A stretch of DNA of 63,298 bases from Azolla caroliniana. Its lineage: Eukaryota; Plantae; Polypodiophyta. Positions 1 through 9,820 of the stretch are shown here, one piece after another; within the stretch, counting starts at the first letter, position 1, and each line of letters opens with the position of its first letter. The stretch is taken from contig JBHGNT010000162.1 in assembly GCA_043228905.1 (NCBI GenBank), forward strand, positions 1 through 63,298, read 5' to 3'. Made by a program: the position numbers and the translations under genes. Under the pieces are notes generated by a model. The model had not been told where the DNA came from. It saw only the letters and a program-made list of their open reading frames with translations, and did not search any database.

Positions 1-528
1 AACAAGTGCGTCTCCCCAATCGCGCATTACACCCACACGAACGTAAACACGAGCACCAACGTCCCTCCAACACGAACGTAGACACGACCACCAACGTATA
101 GAATTTGCCTATAGGGACCCGCAAACCACCCAAACGGAAAAAAAACATCAAAGCGGAACACCCACCCATACCGCACACGCCACGGCAACGGCTAAGGTCA
201 ACTTGTACACGCGGCGAATGTGAACTTGCATTCCACACTTGCCCGATAGGACAACTCCTAGTGTGGTAGTCCGGTTAGCTTTCCTTGTCGTCGTCGTTAC
301 CAACCCCTCGTCCGAACGAGCGAGTACGGACACCGGTCTATCTACGTTCATCGATGTAGCACACTCGGGAGCCACCACTCGTCCCGCAGTAGCCTCCGCG
401 TGCTTAGTGTCTCGGCACTAGCGCGTGCTAGTTTAATGTGCACGTGCCCGCACACCCCTACGCGCACGCGCGGAAGTGCGCACATCTACCTACGTATGTA
501 TAAATGTTATGTTGCTCGACAAGCTCTC
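1..528 (-). repeat. Inverted copy of the array-unit spacer (reverse complement of 8083-8605)
   Basis: The reverse complement of 1-528 aligns to 8083-8605 with five 1-bp insertions (523+5=528). The spacer ORF MVAPECATSMNVDR appears on - here and on + in the array. Confidence 0.95.
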
Positions 529-984
529 TATTATAGATCATAGTACTAATGTAAGCTTAAGATAAGGATAATGAAAAGATAGATAGAAAGGAGAAAGAGA
601 AAGAAGGGTGCCGAATCCACCCGACCACCCCCGAGCGAAGGGATCGAGACGGACTCGAGCCTCGATCGGCGTCCCATACCACCGTCGTGGCGTCGAGTCG
701 TACCTGGTGCTGGCGCGCTCGCTACAAGAGTTGACCCACCACACGAGCAGAGTCTCGATGTAGTCAAAAGATGATCAAATGAGGGTAGCTAGGCCTCTTA
801 TTTATAGCGAAACCCAAGGCCCCCAGGCAAGTTCACACTTGACCTAATGGGTTGTCTCAATCCCGAGGATTAAAAGTAATCCTCCCCTTCTTTACACTCT
901 CCTTTAACCCTCACACTTATCCACGTGTATAGAATACTACGGTAAATTCTTACCACGGGATATTATATGGTCATGCCCGTAACA
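529..984 (-). repeat. 3' LTR of the Gypsy element (456 bp)
   Basis: Direct repeat of 7092-7546 with about 4 substitutions and one 1-bp indel by eye. Minus strand reads TGTTAC...CTATAATA. Confidence 0.95.
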
Positions 985-3900
985 TACTCCCCCTCTTTAA
1001 AACATTGCACTCTTGCAATGGAAAGTTAGGGAAGTTAGTTCTAAGTGTATTTTCGCGTTCCCATGTGGCATCTTTTATTGATTTATCCATCCATTTTATT
1101 TTGAATTCTCGGATTTCTTTAGTACGTAATTTTTTTGTTTTAACATCGAGAATTCTTTCTGGTACATGTGGTTTAGAAGATAATTCTTCAGAAGTAACCA
1201 GAGTTTCAGTCGTAGCTGTATTGTCGCCAGAACCTAGAAGTTCTTTTAGACGACTCACATGAAAGACTGGATGAATTCCGACACCATCGGGAAGAGCGAG
1301 ACGATAGGCTGATGACCCAATGCGTTTGAGGACTGTAAAAGGTCCACAAAACCGTGGGGCTAACTTAGCGCACTTACCCGTAGACAATGTCTTAGAATTG
1401 TGAGGTACACGTAAAAATACCTTCTGTCCAGGGTTGAATACACGAGGTTGCCTATGATGATCGGCATAAAAACGCGCTCTATCTTGAGCTGTTTTTATAT
1501 TATCTCGTGCAATATGCAACATATCTTGCATATCCTGAAGAAAGTTTTGCGTACTTCGCAACTCATCATGATGTATAGTAACATCAATCGGGGCTCGTGG
1601 CAGAAAACCATACATCAACATAAAAGGACTATATCCCGTCGACGTATGCTTGGAGCTGTTATAAGCAAACTCCAAAATTGGGAGATAACGTTCCCATTTT
1701 GTTGGTTTTGCACCAACGTATGCTCGAAGCATGTCCTCAATAATTTGATTTACTCGTTCTGTCTGTCCATCGGATTGAGGATGATCCGTGGAGCTCATGC
1801 TCAACGTAGTTTCTAACTTCTTAAAGACCTGTGTCCAGAAGTCACTAGTAAACTTTGGATCTCGATCACTCACGATATCCATCGGTAACCCATAAAAACG
1901 AAACAATTCGTCAACGAATTGGTAAGCCAATTCAGGAGCTGTTACCGTGGTTTTAGTAGCAATAAATCTGGCCATTTTAGTTAGTCGATCAACGACAACC
2001 CAGATGGCATCATGACCTTTTTGGGTGCGAGGAAGGCTAACAATAAAATCCATGGATATACTTTCCCACTTATTATTGGGAATGTCCAAGGGATGTAAAA
2101 GTCCTGCGACTTTAAGTCGCTCGGCTTTGTTAACCTGACACTGGTGACATTTAGTCACATAGCTATGTATGTCAGGACGCATCTTAGGCCAATAAAATTG
2201 AGTGGAGATGAGAACGAGTGTACGATGTATTCCAGGGTGCCCTGCTGAGGGTGCATCATGGCATTCAAAAAGAATCCTCTTTTTGACCTCGGGTAAATCT
2301 GGAACACAAACCTTCCCATTACGGTAGAGCAAACCGTTAGCAATGTGGAAGTATTCCTTCGAGGATGTGGTGGTGTCTGTTCCAGACTCAACTCTTGCCC
2401 AGTATTTTGCGAAATAACTGTCATCAGGATACTTTCCTCGAAGGTGATCATAAAGATCTGATGATATTTCAGTGAAGCTAAGCGTGTTAACTTCACGGAT
2501 GCGACTTAGTGCATCAGCGACAGTGTTCATGGAACCTTTACGATATCGTATGGAAAAATCAAAGTCCTGGATGAGATCAGCCCATCGTGCCTTACGACCT
2601 TTCAGGTCTTGTTGGTCACAAAAATATTTCAAGGACTCGTGGTCCGTAGTTACCACAAAGTGATTTCCATAAAGATAATGGCGCCATGTTTTGAGCGCAT
2701 GTATAACTGCAAATAATTCCTTTTCTTGAACGGTATACCGACATTGAGCAGAATCAAGTTTCTTACTCTCGAATGCTATCGGTTTACCATCTTGATACAA
2801 GACAGCACCTATAGCGTAATCGCTGGCATCGGTTTCAACCTCAAAAGGTTTTGAAGGATCGGGTAAAAGAAGTGAAGGAGCCTTGCAAACCAAGTCCTTG
2901 AGTTCCGTAAAGGCAAGGTCTAGTGTAGCATTCCACACAATAGGTTTTGTAGACTTACGCGTTTGACCTTTTAAAAGATCAGTAAACGGCGTCGTCAATT
3001 GGGAGTAATTACGAAGAGACTTTCGCAAAAACCCCACAAAACCAAGGAATGATCGAACTTCTCGAATATTCCGAAGAGTGGGCCAAAGCTTGATTTTCTC
3101 AATGCGAGAAGGATCAATTTCAACTCCTCGTTCGGTTATGAGATGTCCTAGATAAGTAATTGATTTCTTGAAGAACTCACATTTTGAGATCTTCGCATAA
3201 AACTGTTTGTCACGCAATGTTTGTAAAACAAAGCGGACATGTCTAGCATGTTCTTGTAATGTACGGCTATAAACTAAAATATCATCCAAGAAAATAACGA
3301 CAAATTTTCCAAGTTGTTCTCGGAAAATGTCATTCATTTCTTGTTGAAAAGTAGCCGGAGCATTGGTCAAACCAAAAGGCATAACCAAAAACTCGTAATG
3401 GCCATAGCGCGTACGAAATGCCGTTTTAGGAACATCGTCCTCACTTATTCGTATTTGATGGTAGCCAGTACGGAGATCAAGTTTCGTAAAATACCGAGCT
3501 CCCTGGAGACGGTCAATTAGATCGTCAGCCCGGGGCAATGGATACGAATTCTTGATCGTCACTTTATTCAAGCGTCGGTAATTAATACACATACGCCATG
3601 TGCCCTCTTTCTTTTTAACCAAGAGAACTGGTGCACCCCATGGAGATTTACTATAACGTATATAACCCATTCGTAAATAGTCCTTGAGTTGCTTAGATAC
3701 CTCATCTTCTTCGGATCGACTTAAGCGATACGGAGGTATACTTATTGGTGCAACACCAGGTACAATATCTATACGATGGTCTATATTACGTTTAGGAGGT
3801 AACCCATCAGGTAGTTCACTTGGAAAAACATCATGAAAATCATTTAAGATTTCATCAAGTTGTTGTTGTTCAAAATATGTTAATTGAATCGGGACATTAT

Positions 3901-4069
3901 CGATATTGTAAACGTGAATGTCCGGATCAAGTACACAATAAATAACGTAGAACAAGACAACTCGGATATTGATGGACACGAGGAAACAATCGAGAGGGAT
4001 TGTTTTTTTACACATTGAATAAAATGCGTACAATCGTTCAGTACAAAAGAAATGGAATGACGAACCCAA
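971..4069 (-). CDS. pol: Gypsy Pol: reverse transcriptase, RNase H, integrase, chromodomain
   Basis: RT motifs [36 protein letters not shown]. RNase [14 protein letters not shown]. Integrase HHCC ([11 protein letters not shown]...CHQCQ), core ISMDFI/SDRDPKF/GQTERVN and GPF motif. C-terminal chromodomain PERILD...FKIKW...ATWE. The real start is probably by fusion with the upstream ORF; the stop lies inside the 3' LTR. Confidence 0.95.
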   Translation of the reverse strand: MGSSFHFFCTERLYAFYSMCKKTIPLDCFLVSINIRVVLFYVIYCVLDPDIHVYNIDNVPIQLTYFEQQQLDEILNDFHDVFPSELPDGLPPKRNIDHRIDIVPGVAPISIPPYRLSRSEEDEVSKQLKDYLRMGYIRYSKSPWGAPVLLVKKKEGTWRMCINYRRLNKVTIKNSYPLPRADDLIDRLQGARYFTKLDLRTGYHQIRISEDDVPKTAFRTRYGHYEFLVMPFGLTNAPATFQQEMNDIFREQLGKFVVIFLDDILVYSRTLQEHARHVRFVLQTLRDKQFYAKISKCEFFKKSITYLGHLITERGVEIDPSRIEKIKLWPTLRNIREVRSFLGFVGFLRKSLRNYSQLTTPFTDLLKGQTRKSTKPIVWNATLDLAFTELKDLVCKAPSLLLPDPSKPFEVETDASDYAIGAVLYQDGKPIAFESKKLDSAQCRYTVQEKELFAVIHALKTWRHYLYGNHFVVTTDHESLKYFCDQQDLKGRKARWADLIQDFDFSIRYRKGSMNTVADALSRIREVNTLSFTEISSDLYDHLRGKYPDDSYFAKYWARVESGTDTTTSSKEYFHIANGLLYRNGKVCVPDLPEVKKRILFECHDAPSAGHPGIHRTLVLISTQFYWPKMRPDIHSYVTKCHQCQVNKAERLKVAGLLHPLDIPNNKWESISMDFIVSLPRTQKGHDAIWVVVDRLTKMARFIATKTTVTAPELAYQFVDELFRFYGLPMDIVSDRDPKFTSDFWTQVFKKLETTLSMSSTDHPQSDGQTERVNQIIEDMLRAYVGAKPTKWERYLPILEFAYNSSKHTSTGYSPFMLMYGFLPRAPIDVTIHHDELRSTQNFLQDMQDMLHIARDNIKTAQDRARFYADHHRQPRVFNPGQKVFLRVPHNSKTLSTGKCAKLAPRFCGPFTVLKRIGSSAYRLALPDGVGIHPVFHVSRLKELLGSGDNTATTETLVTSEELSSKPHVPERILDVKTKKLRTKEIREFKIKWMDKSIKDATWERENTLRTNFPNFPLQECNVLKRGSMLRA
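985..998 (-). other. Polypurine tract (PPT)
   Basis: Minus strand AAAGAGGGGGAGTA immediately before the TGTTAC start of the 3' LTR. Confidence 0.9.
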
Positions 4070-5403
4070 TCAATAAATAAAGAAGAGTTTTTATTATAAA
4101 ACCAGGGATAACCCAGTATTACATCGGTGGTACAAAGATTCATTACATGGAAGTCTACTTCCTCTATATAAGTATCAATAGAAATTCCTAATGAATGAAT
4201 CGCCCCGTTGATGTATTGTACTCTTCCATCAGCCAAGTGCACCGTGTAGGTGTGATCACTTACGGTGGGTTGGATTCCCCATATCTGAACCAAACGATCA
4301 TTCACAAAATTGTGTGAGCTTCCCGAATCAAATAAAAATTGTACGGGAGATCCATTGATATACCCGTTTGCACGTAGTAAATCATTGGGACCCAATACAT
4401 AGTGAGGGAAAGAACATTGACAATTACTTAAATGATGTGTATAGACCTGAAGGACATTAGGAATCTGACCTTTATGGTCTGCAGCTTTAGCTTTGTTGTC
4501 GTGCTCTTTCCGTTGGAGCTTTCGACATTGATCTTTTGTATGACCCTTCTTTTTGCAGAATACACAAAAAGGATGTTGTCGCTTACAATCGCGATCCAGG
4601 AATTCGTTGGGTGTCTTGCGTTTCCCAACAAATTGCGACTGCTTAGTCCCGGGCGCTTCGTTGGGTTTGTTATGGTCCTTCTTCGAAGTGCGTTGATAGC
4701 GAAGAACTATTTCAACGGCCTCTTCGAAGGATTTTGGATCCTTATCGTGCACTATCCAGTGATAGTCCGAATTGGGGATGCCATTGACAAAACAAGCTAT
4801 CAACCAATTGTCCCCTTCTAGACCCGATTTTTGGATTTGGGTTCTAGCATGGTGAACATAGTCTTCTAGCGAGGAAAATTTCCTGCTAGAGAGGTTCATT
4901 AAAGCTTGTGCTGCCTCGGTTCGAGAGGGAGGTTGCAGAAATTGGCCCTTAAAAACCGTGACAAAATCTGTCCAGGTATCGGGCAATTTCCCCATAGTAC
5001 GGAGGCCACGCCACCAGGCGGCGGCCTTACCCCCGAGTTCTCGGCCGACATATGCAATCTTCGTACTATCTGGCGTGGGATAGAGCTCAAAATGAGACTC
5101 CCATCGTCCCAGCCATGTGCAGATTGCTTCTTCGGTTCTTTCCTTTTTGTCTCCCGTAAATGGCTTAACGACAAATGATGGTTCACCTTGTCGCTCATCA
5201 GGTCTATTAGTCTCACGTTGTAGGCTAATGACACGTGCCTCAAGAGCACTCTGAGATTGCCGAAGTTCGGTCATCTGTTGAGCGGTGAAACTAAGGAATT
5301 GGGTTATTTGTGCCAAATACATCTCAGTGGACATTTGTCCAGGAGGATTCCCTTGAGTTCCTTCCGCTTGAGCGGATGACATCGGGTCGTTAATTTGAGC
5401 CAT
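3880..5403 (-). CDS. gag: Gypsy Gag plus aspartic protease
   Basis: Retrotransposon gag core (LGGKAAAWW...[13 protein letters not shown]), CCHC zinc knuckle [14 protein letters not shown], protease active site [11 protein letters not shown], and DVILGYPW. Confidence 0.93.
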   Translation of the reverse strand: MAQINDPMSSAQAEGTQGNPPGQMSTEMYLAQITQFLSFTAQQMTELRQSQSALEARVISLQRETNRPDERQGEPSFVVKPFTGDKKERTEEAICTWLGRWESHFELYPTPDSTKIAYVGRELGGKAAAWWRGLRTMGKLPDTWTDFVTVFKGQFLQPPSRTEAAQALMNLSSRKFSSLEDYVHHARTQIQKSGLEGDNWLIACFVNGIPNSDYHWIVHDKDPKSFEEAVEIVLRYQRTSKKDHNKPNEAPGTKQSQFVGKRKTPNEFLDRDCKRQHPFCVFCKKKGHTKDQCRKLQRKEHDNKAKAADHKGQIPNVLQVYTHHLSNCQCSFPHYVLGPNDLLRANGYINGSPVQFLFDSGSSHNFVNDRLVQIWGIQPTVSDHTYTVHLADGRVQYINGAIHSLGISIDTYIEEVDFHVMNLCTTDVILGYPWFYNKNSSLFIDWVRHSISFVLNDCTHFIQCVKKQSLSIVSSCPSISELSCSTLFIVYLIRTFTFTISIMSRFN

Positions 5404-6584
5404 TAAAGATTATTTCTGGAAAAGAAATAGGATAAGGTCAGAGATATAGTCATAACATCTTGTCGTGATGTAAACATATCATGGGCGAGCATTAATCGAT
5501 ATCATTATCTCACGTCAATACCCCTCTAGACGTATGAGATGAGGTTCAAGATCAGGTTACTATGGTAACACAAAGGTGTTTTAAAAACCATGGGGGTGAC
5601 AAATAAATGTCTTTCCCTGATCTCTATATCGATTTTTTCATGGTGGCTCCCCGAGGCTCAACCATGTATGTTCGCGTCATGAATAGTTTATACACGAAAA
5701 AAAATGTTAACAATAAACTATGTTTCGGTGCCCACATAAGTGGTTTCGGCTCTTTAAGTCCTATTACGAGGACCCCGAGGTGCACTTAGACCTTAAGTCT
5801 AAACATGTGTTATAGTCATATGTATCAAGGATGTTGTATGGTCTTGGTCATATTTGAACTCGAGACCTCGAGAACAAATACATTAAACACTTGAGCCAAC
5901 CAAGTAAGTTGCTCTTCTCGAATGCTTAATGTTTGATGCGTATAAGAGATATGCGAGGCAATTGATCATATACGTTTTTTTAAAAGAACATATATGTCAA
6001 GGGTCCTTATTTCGCCCTCATTTACCAACACTATGTTGGTACGTTACCTAACCTCAAGTCTCGTAATTACGATGGCATATGTCAAAGGGCAACCTAATGG
6101 TCAAGCCAAATGAGCCCTCGTTTCGTAGTAGGCTCACGTGGGCCATCACATGGTCACGTCATTACGAATGCCTCTCGTAAGAACGAGCTCATGGTGGCAT
6201 CGTATCCATGTAACGAGGGAAGGATGTTGGATACGTGCGTCATTGGAGCGACCTCACTTGAAGTGGGTCAAGCCCTACGTACTCAACATCATTTTGGCTA
6301 TTGGCGTTTCTTTACGTAACGAAATCGAGGTCGTCAACGGGGTTATCAACAATAAAAAAATGTTGAAAAAGGGATGGTGACAACGCCATTCTCACAAAAA
6401 TGTGAGGACGGCCACCAACATCCTTTTCCCGATCATGACAACTTTCGATATAATCACATAATAACGAATATACACATATGGTTACTTATCACATATATAC
6501 GATCAAATACGTATATATGTGACCACATATGCCTATATTCAACATATCGTTATAGTAAATAGCCACAAATGATGTGATCGAGAT

Positions 6585-6844
6585 ACGTAATCGAGGTATA
6601 TACCTCTACGCACACGAAATATCCACAAATAAGAGATCATCGTAATACGCAATGGAGGTATTGACCTCTTACGCATACGAGACCAAACGCATATCGTTTA
6701 CAACAAATCAAGGTATTAAACTCATACGCAAACGTAACATATGTTCGTGAACGTAATACGTAATTGAGGTATTAACCTCGTACGCATACGACACTCATCA
6801 CATATTATTAACATGTCAAACGAGGTATTGACCCCGTGCACATA
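6585..6844. repeat. Five degenerate GAGGT-N4-ACCTC hairpin motifs at 55-62 bp spacing in the Gypsy 5' leader
   Basis: Cores start at 6593, 6655, 6710, 6766 and 6822; the first four are followed by TACGCA. Confidence 0.75.
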
Positions 6845-7079
6845 TGTAAACGTTTTAGATAATCAATTAAAGACCACTACAACATCATTGATTTAATGAA
6901 AAAAATTACATATCAACTAAACACATGATTAGATGGGAGAAGAGAGAATAGAAAAAAAAATATGGAAAGAGTTACCGAAGTTCTTTGTTGATCGTTGTCT
7001 GGATCAAGGCCAACCGCACAATGATCGGTCAGCATCAATCAAAAGACAAATGAAAAACAAAGAAACATTAGTAAAAAAA

Positions 7080-7089
7080 TCTGATACCA
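7080..7089 (-). other. Primer binding site (tRNA-iMet)
   Basis: Minus strand TGGTATCAGA, 2 nt after the end of the 5' LTR. Confidence 0.9.
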
Positions 7090-7091
7090 AA

Positions 7092-7546
7092 TATTATAGA
7101 TCATAGTACTAATGTAAGCTTAAGATAAGGATAATGAAAAGATAGATAGAAAGGAGAAAGAGAAAAAAGGGTGCCGATCCACCCGACCACCCCCGAGCGA
7201 AGGGATCGAGACGGACTCGAGCCTCGATCGGCGTCCCATACCACCGCCGTGGCGTCGAGTCGTACCTGGTGCTGGCGCGCTCGCTACAAGAGTTGACCCA
7301 CCACACGAGCAGAGTCTCGATGTAGTCAAAAAATCATCAAATGAGGGTAGCTAGGCCTCTTATTTATAGCGAAACCCAAGGCCCCCAGGCAAGTTCACAC
7401 TTGACCTAATGGGTTGTCTCAATCCCGAGGATTAAAAGTAATCCTCCCCTTCTTTACACTCTCCTTTAACCCTCACACTTATCCACGTGTATAGAATACT
7501 ACGGTAAATTCTTACCACGGGATATTATATGGTCATGCCCGTAACA
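7092..7546 (-). repeat. 5' LTR of the Gypsy element (455 bp)
   Basis: Direct repeat of 529-984, adjacent to the PBS. Contains TATAAATA (7361-7368, minus) and G-box CACGTG (7484-7489). Confidence 0.95.
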
Positions 7547-7804
7547 CCTTTCCTCTTCGGAGTCTCTCTTGTTGTCTCTGTAGCGGCGCCCCTCCTCAAG
7601 GAACCCCTCACGACGTCGCTCGCGCCTCTCGTCATCGCACTCCCCCTCTCGGCGTCGGTCGCGCCTCTCCTCGTCAATGTCTCCCTCACGACGTCGATCG
7701 CGTCGCTCCTCTTCACGGTCCCGCCCTACAGACCTAGCATTGGCCGCGGTACACGCGGCGAGCATGATCACGGCCATGAGGAATACGGAAGTAAGCTTTG
7801 CCAT
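7547..7804 (-). pseudogene. 2S albumin-like gene, copy 0: 5' part (86 codons) cut by the Gypsy 5' LTR
   Basis: Identical to the N-terminus of full copies up to DSEEER, then runs into LTR sequence ([15 protein letters not shown], stop at 7499). Confidence 0.9.
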
Positions 7805-8670
7805 TGCGATTGTCCTTATGATCCCGGTGCTTGTCTCCTAATGGATTGTATTGACATTGCTCCCTCCACCTTTAATATATACACATGGCCATGCAATCAG
7901 AGCACATGCATGTCACTCACCACTCCCATTACCATAACGTGTGTGTCCCTGCGTACAACTCTTGCCCAAGACCCATACCAACTAGTCCACCCTCCCACAC
8001 GTCTAGGCTAGTCCTAGGTGTCGTATTGTCACCAGACAATCTGGGCGCAACCTGTGGCGGGTACTCCTCCTCCTCCTCGCGCGAGAGCTTGTCGAGCAAC
8101 ATAACATTTATACATACGTAGGTAGATGTGCGCACTCGCGCGTGCGCGTAGGGGTGTGCGGGCACGTGCACATTAAACTAGCACGCGCTAGTGCCGAGAC
8201 ACTAAGCACGCGGAGGCTACTGCGGGACGAGTGGTGGCTCCCGAGTGTGCTACATCGATGAACGTAGATAGACCGGTGTCCGTACTCGCTCGTTCGGACG
8301 AGGGGTTGGTAACGACGACGACAAGGAAAGCTAACCGGACTACCACACTAGGAGTGTCCTATCGGGCAAGTGTGGAAGCAAGTTCACATTCGCCGCGTGT
8401 ACAAGTTGACCTTAGCCGTTGCCGTGGCGTGTGCGGTATGGGTGGGTGTTCCGCTTTGATGTTTTTTTTCCGTTTGGGTGGTTTGCGGTCCCTATAGGCA
8501 AATTCTATACGTTGGTGGTCGTGTCTACGTTCGTGTTGGAGGGACGTTGGTGCTCGTGTTTACGTTCGTGTGGGTGTAATGCGCGATTGGGGAGACGCAC
8601 TTGTTCGTAAACACTTACGAGAAATTAGAGAGAGACCACGAGAATAATTTGAACAAGGTTTATGTACTAT

Positions 8671-9456
8671 TTAGAAGCGACGAATACAAGCACGAGGGCG
8701 AAGATCGCACTGTTGGAGTAGGCGGGAGGCGGCGACGCCTAGAGCTCTTTCCTCGTCATCGGCCTTGAATTGGCGACGTTGTTGACGTTCGTCCTCTTGT
8801 CGTCGAGACATGCGGTGGCGGCGTTCGTCACCCTCTCGTCGCTCACGGCTGCTATCTCTCTCGCGCTCCTCGTCCTCTTCCTCCCAGCTACGGTGTTCCC
8901 TTGATTGTTGGCCATGGCGTCGGCCTTCATCATTGCGTCGTTCCTCCTCGTCAGCATACAAGGCATCACGTAGGCGATCGCATCGATCTTCGGCGGGGAT
9001 TCGTTCGACGTTCCTGCAGCACCGTTCCGAGGGTCTTGAGTATCGAGTGTTTTCGATCCATGGGGAGCGACGTCCTTGTTCACCTTCCTCTCTTTCGGAG
9101 CGCTCTTGTAGCTCTCGGATCCGCTTGTCGATGAAATCACCGCACTCTCGCCTCAGTTCCTCGTCACGTGGCTCATCGCGACCACGGCTACGACGTTCCC
9201 TTTCCTCTTCGGAGTCTCTCTTGTTGTCTCTGTAGCGGCGCCCCTCCTCAAGGAACCCCTCACGACGTCGCTCGCGCCTCTCGTCATCGCACTCCCCCTC
9301 TCGGCGTCGGTCGCGCCTCTCCTCGTCAATGTCTCCCTCACGACGTCGATCGCGTCGCTCCTCTTCACGGTCCCGCCCTACAGACCTAGCATTGGCCGCG
9401 GTACACGCGGCGAGCATGATCACGGCCATGAGGAATACGGAAGTAAGCTTTGCCAT
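8671..9456 (-). CDS. Arg/Glu-rich 2S albumin-like storage protein precursor, copy 1 (R112 allele)
   Basis: Signal peptide MAKLTSVFLMAVIMLAACTAANA. Prolamin-type Cys skeleton LRREC..FI / RCCRNVERIP..DRCDRL / ASRLLQQC..PRAC. 68 of 261 residues are Arg. Intronless, with an RY/ABRE promoter. Confidence 0.85.
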   Translation of the reverse strand: MAKLTSVFLMAVIMLAACTAANARSVGRDREEERRDRRREGDIDEERRDRRREGECDDERRERRREGFLEEGRRYRDNKRDSEEERERRSRGRDEPRDEELRRECGDFIDKRIRELQERSEREEGEQGRRSPWIENTRYSRPSERCCRNVERIPAEDRCDRLRDALYADEEERRNDEGRRHGQQSREHRSWEEEDEERERDSSRERREGDERRHRMSRRQEDERQQRRQFKADDEERALGVAASRLLQQCDLRPRACIRRF

Positions 9457-9522
9457 TGCGATTGTCCTTATGATCCCGGTGCTTGTCTCCTAATGGATTG
9501 TATTGACATTGCTCCCTCCACC

Positions 9523-9820
9523 TTTAATATATACACATGGCCATGCAATCAGAGCACATGCATGTCACTCACCACTCCCATTACCATAACGTGTGTGTCC
9601 CTGCGTACAACTCTTGCCCAAGACCCATACCAACTAGTCCACCCTCCCACACGTCTAGGCTAGTCCTAGGTGTCGTATTGTCACCAGACAATCTGGGCGC
9701 AACCTGTGGCGGGTACTCCTCCTCCTCCTCGCGCGAGAGCTTGTCGAGCAACATAACATTTATACATACGTAGGTAGATGTGCGCACTCGCGCGTGCGCG
9801 TAGGGGTGTGCGGGCACGTG
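9523..9820 (-). promoter_or_regulatory. Seed/spore-maturation-type promoter, repeated in every unit: TATA, RY elements, ACGT/ABRE and G-box
   Basis: TATATATTAAA (minus, 9523-9533) about 70 bp upstream of ATG. RY CATGCA 9542-9547 and CATGCATG 9557-9564. ACGTGT 9589-9594, ACACGT 9649-9654, CACGTG 9815-9820. Confidence 0.8.

Larger units (their letters stand above)
529..7546 (-). mobile_element. Ty3/Gypsy LTR retrotransposon, chromovirus type, structurally complete but without TSD
   Basis: Two LTRs (529-984, 7092-7546), PBS, PPT, and domain order gag-PR-RT-RH-INT-chromodomain. Flanks CTCTC and CCTTT do not match. Confidence 0.96.

Noticed and set aside
6585-6844. CRISPR array (palindromic repeats with unique spacers)
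   Set aside because: The repeats are short and degenerate, lie inside a plant retrotransposon leader, and there are no cas genes.
7960-8020. CTAG|TC motifs after a small hairpin as a Helitron head-to-tail junction explaining the array
   Set aside because: The hairpin is only 12 bp and lies inside the gene promoter, no RepHel gene or free ends are visible, and the SNP blocks fit unequal exchange better.
8253-8267. CATCGATGAACGTAG resembles the 5.8S rRNA motif CATCGATGAAGAACGTAG, tempting in a tandem array
   Set aside because: Only 15 nt with a 3-nt gap; the flanks do not follow 5.8S and no 18S, 25S or 5S sequence is recognisable in the unit.
7885-9389. The many small recurring ORFs (60-141 aa) in the spacer and overlapping or antisense to the albumin CDS
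   Set aside because: Shadow frames of GC-rich sequence, often with non-ATG starts and no recognisable domains. Several are broken by unit variants (23128 deletion, 1649-type indels).
8671-9456. Alternative identity as an SR/RE-rich splicing factor, LEA protein or vicilin N-terminal hairpinin
   Set aside because: The signal peptide, CC plus C-terminal Cys skeleton and RY promoter fit a 2S albumin; there is no RRM, cupin domain or CxxxC pairs.
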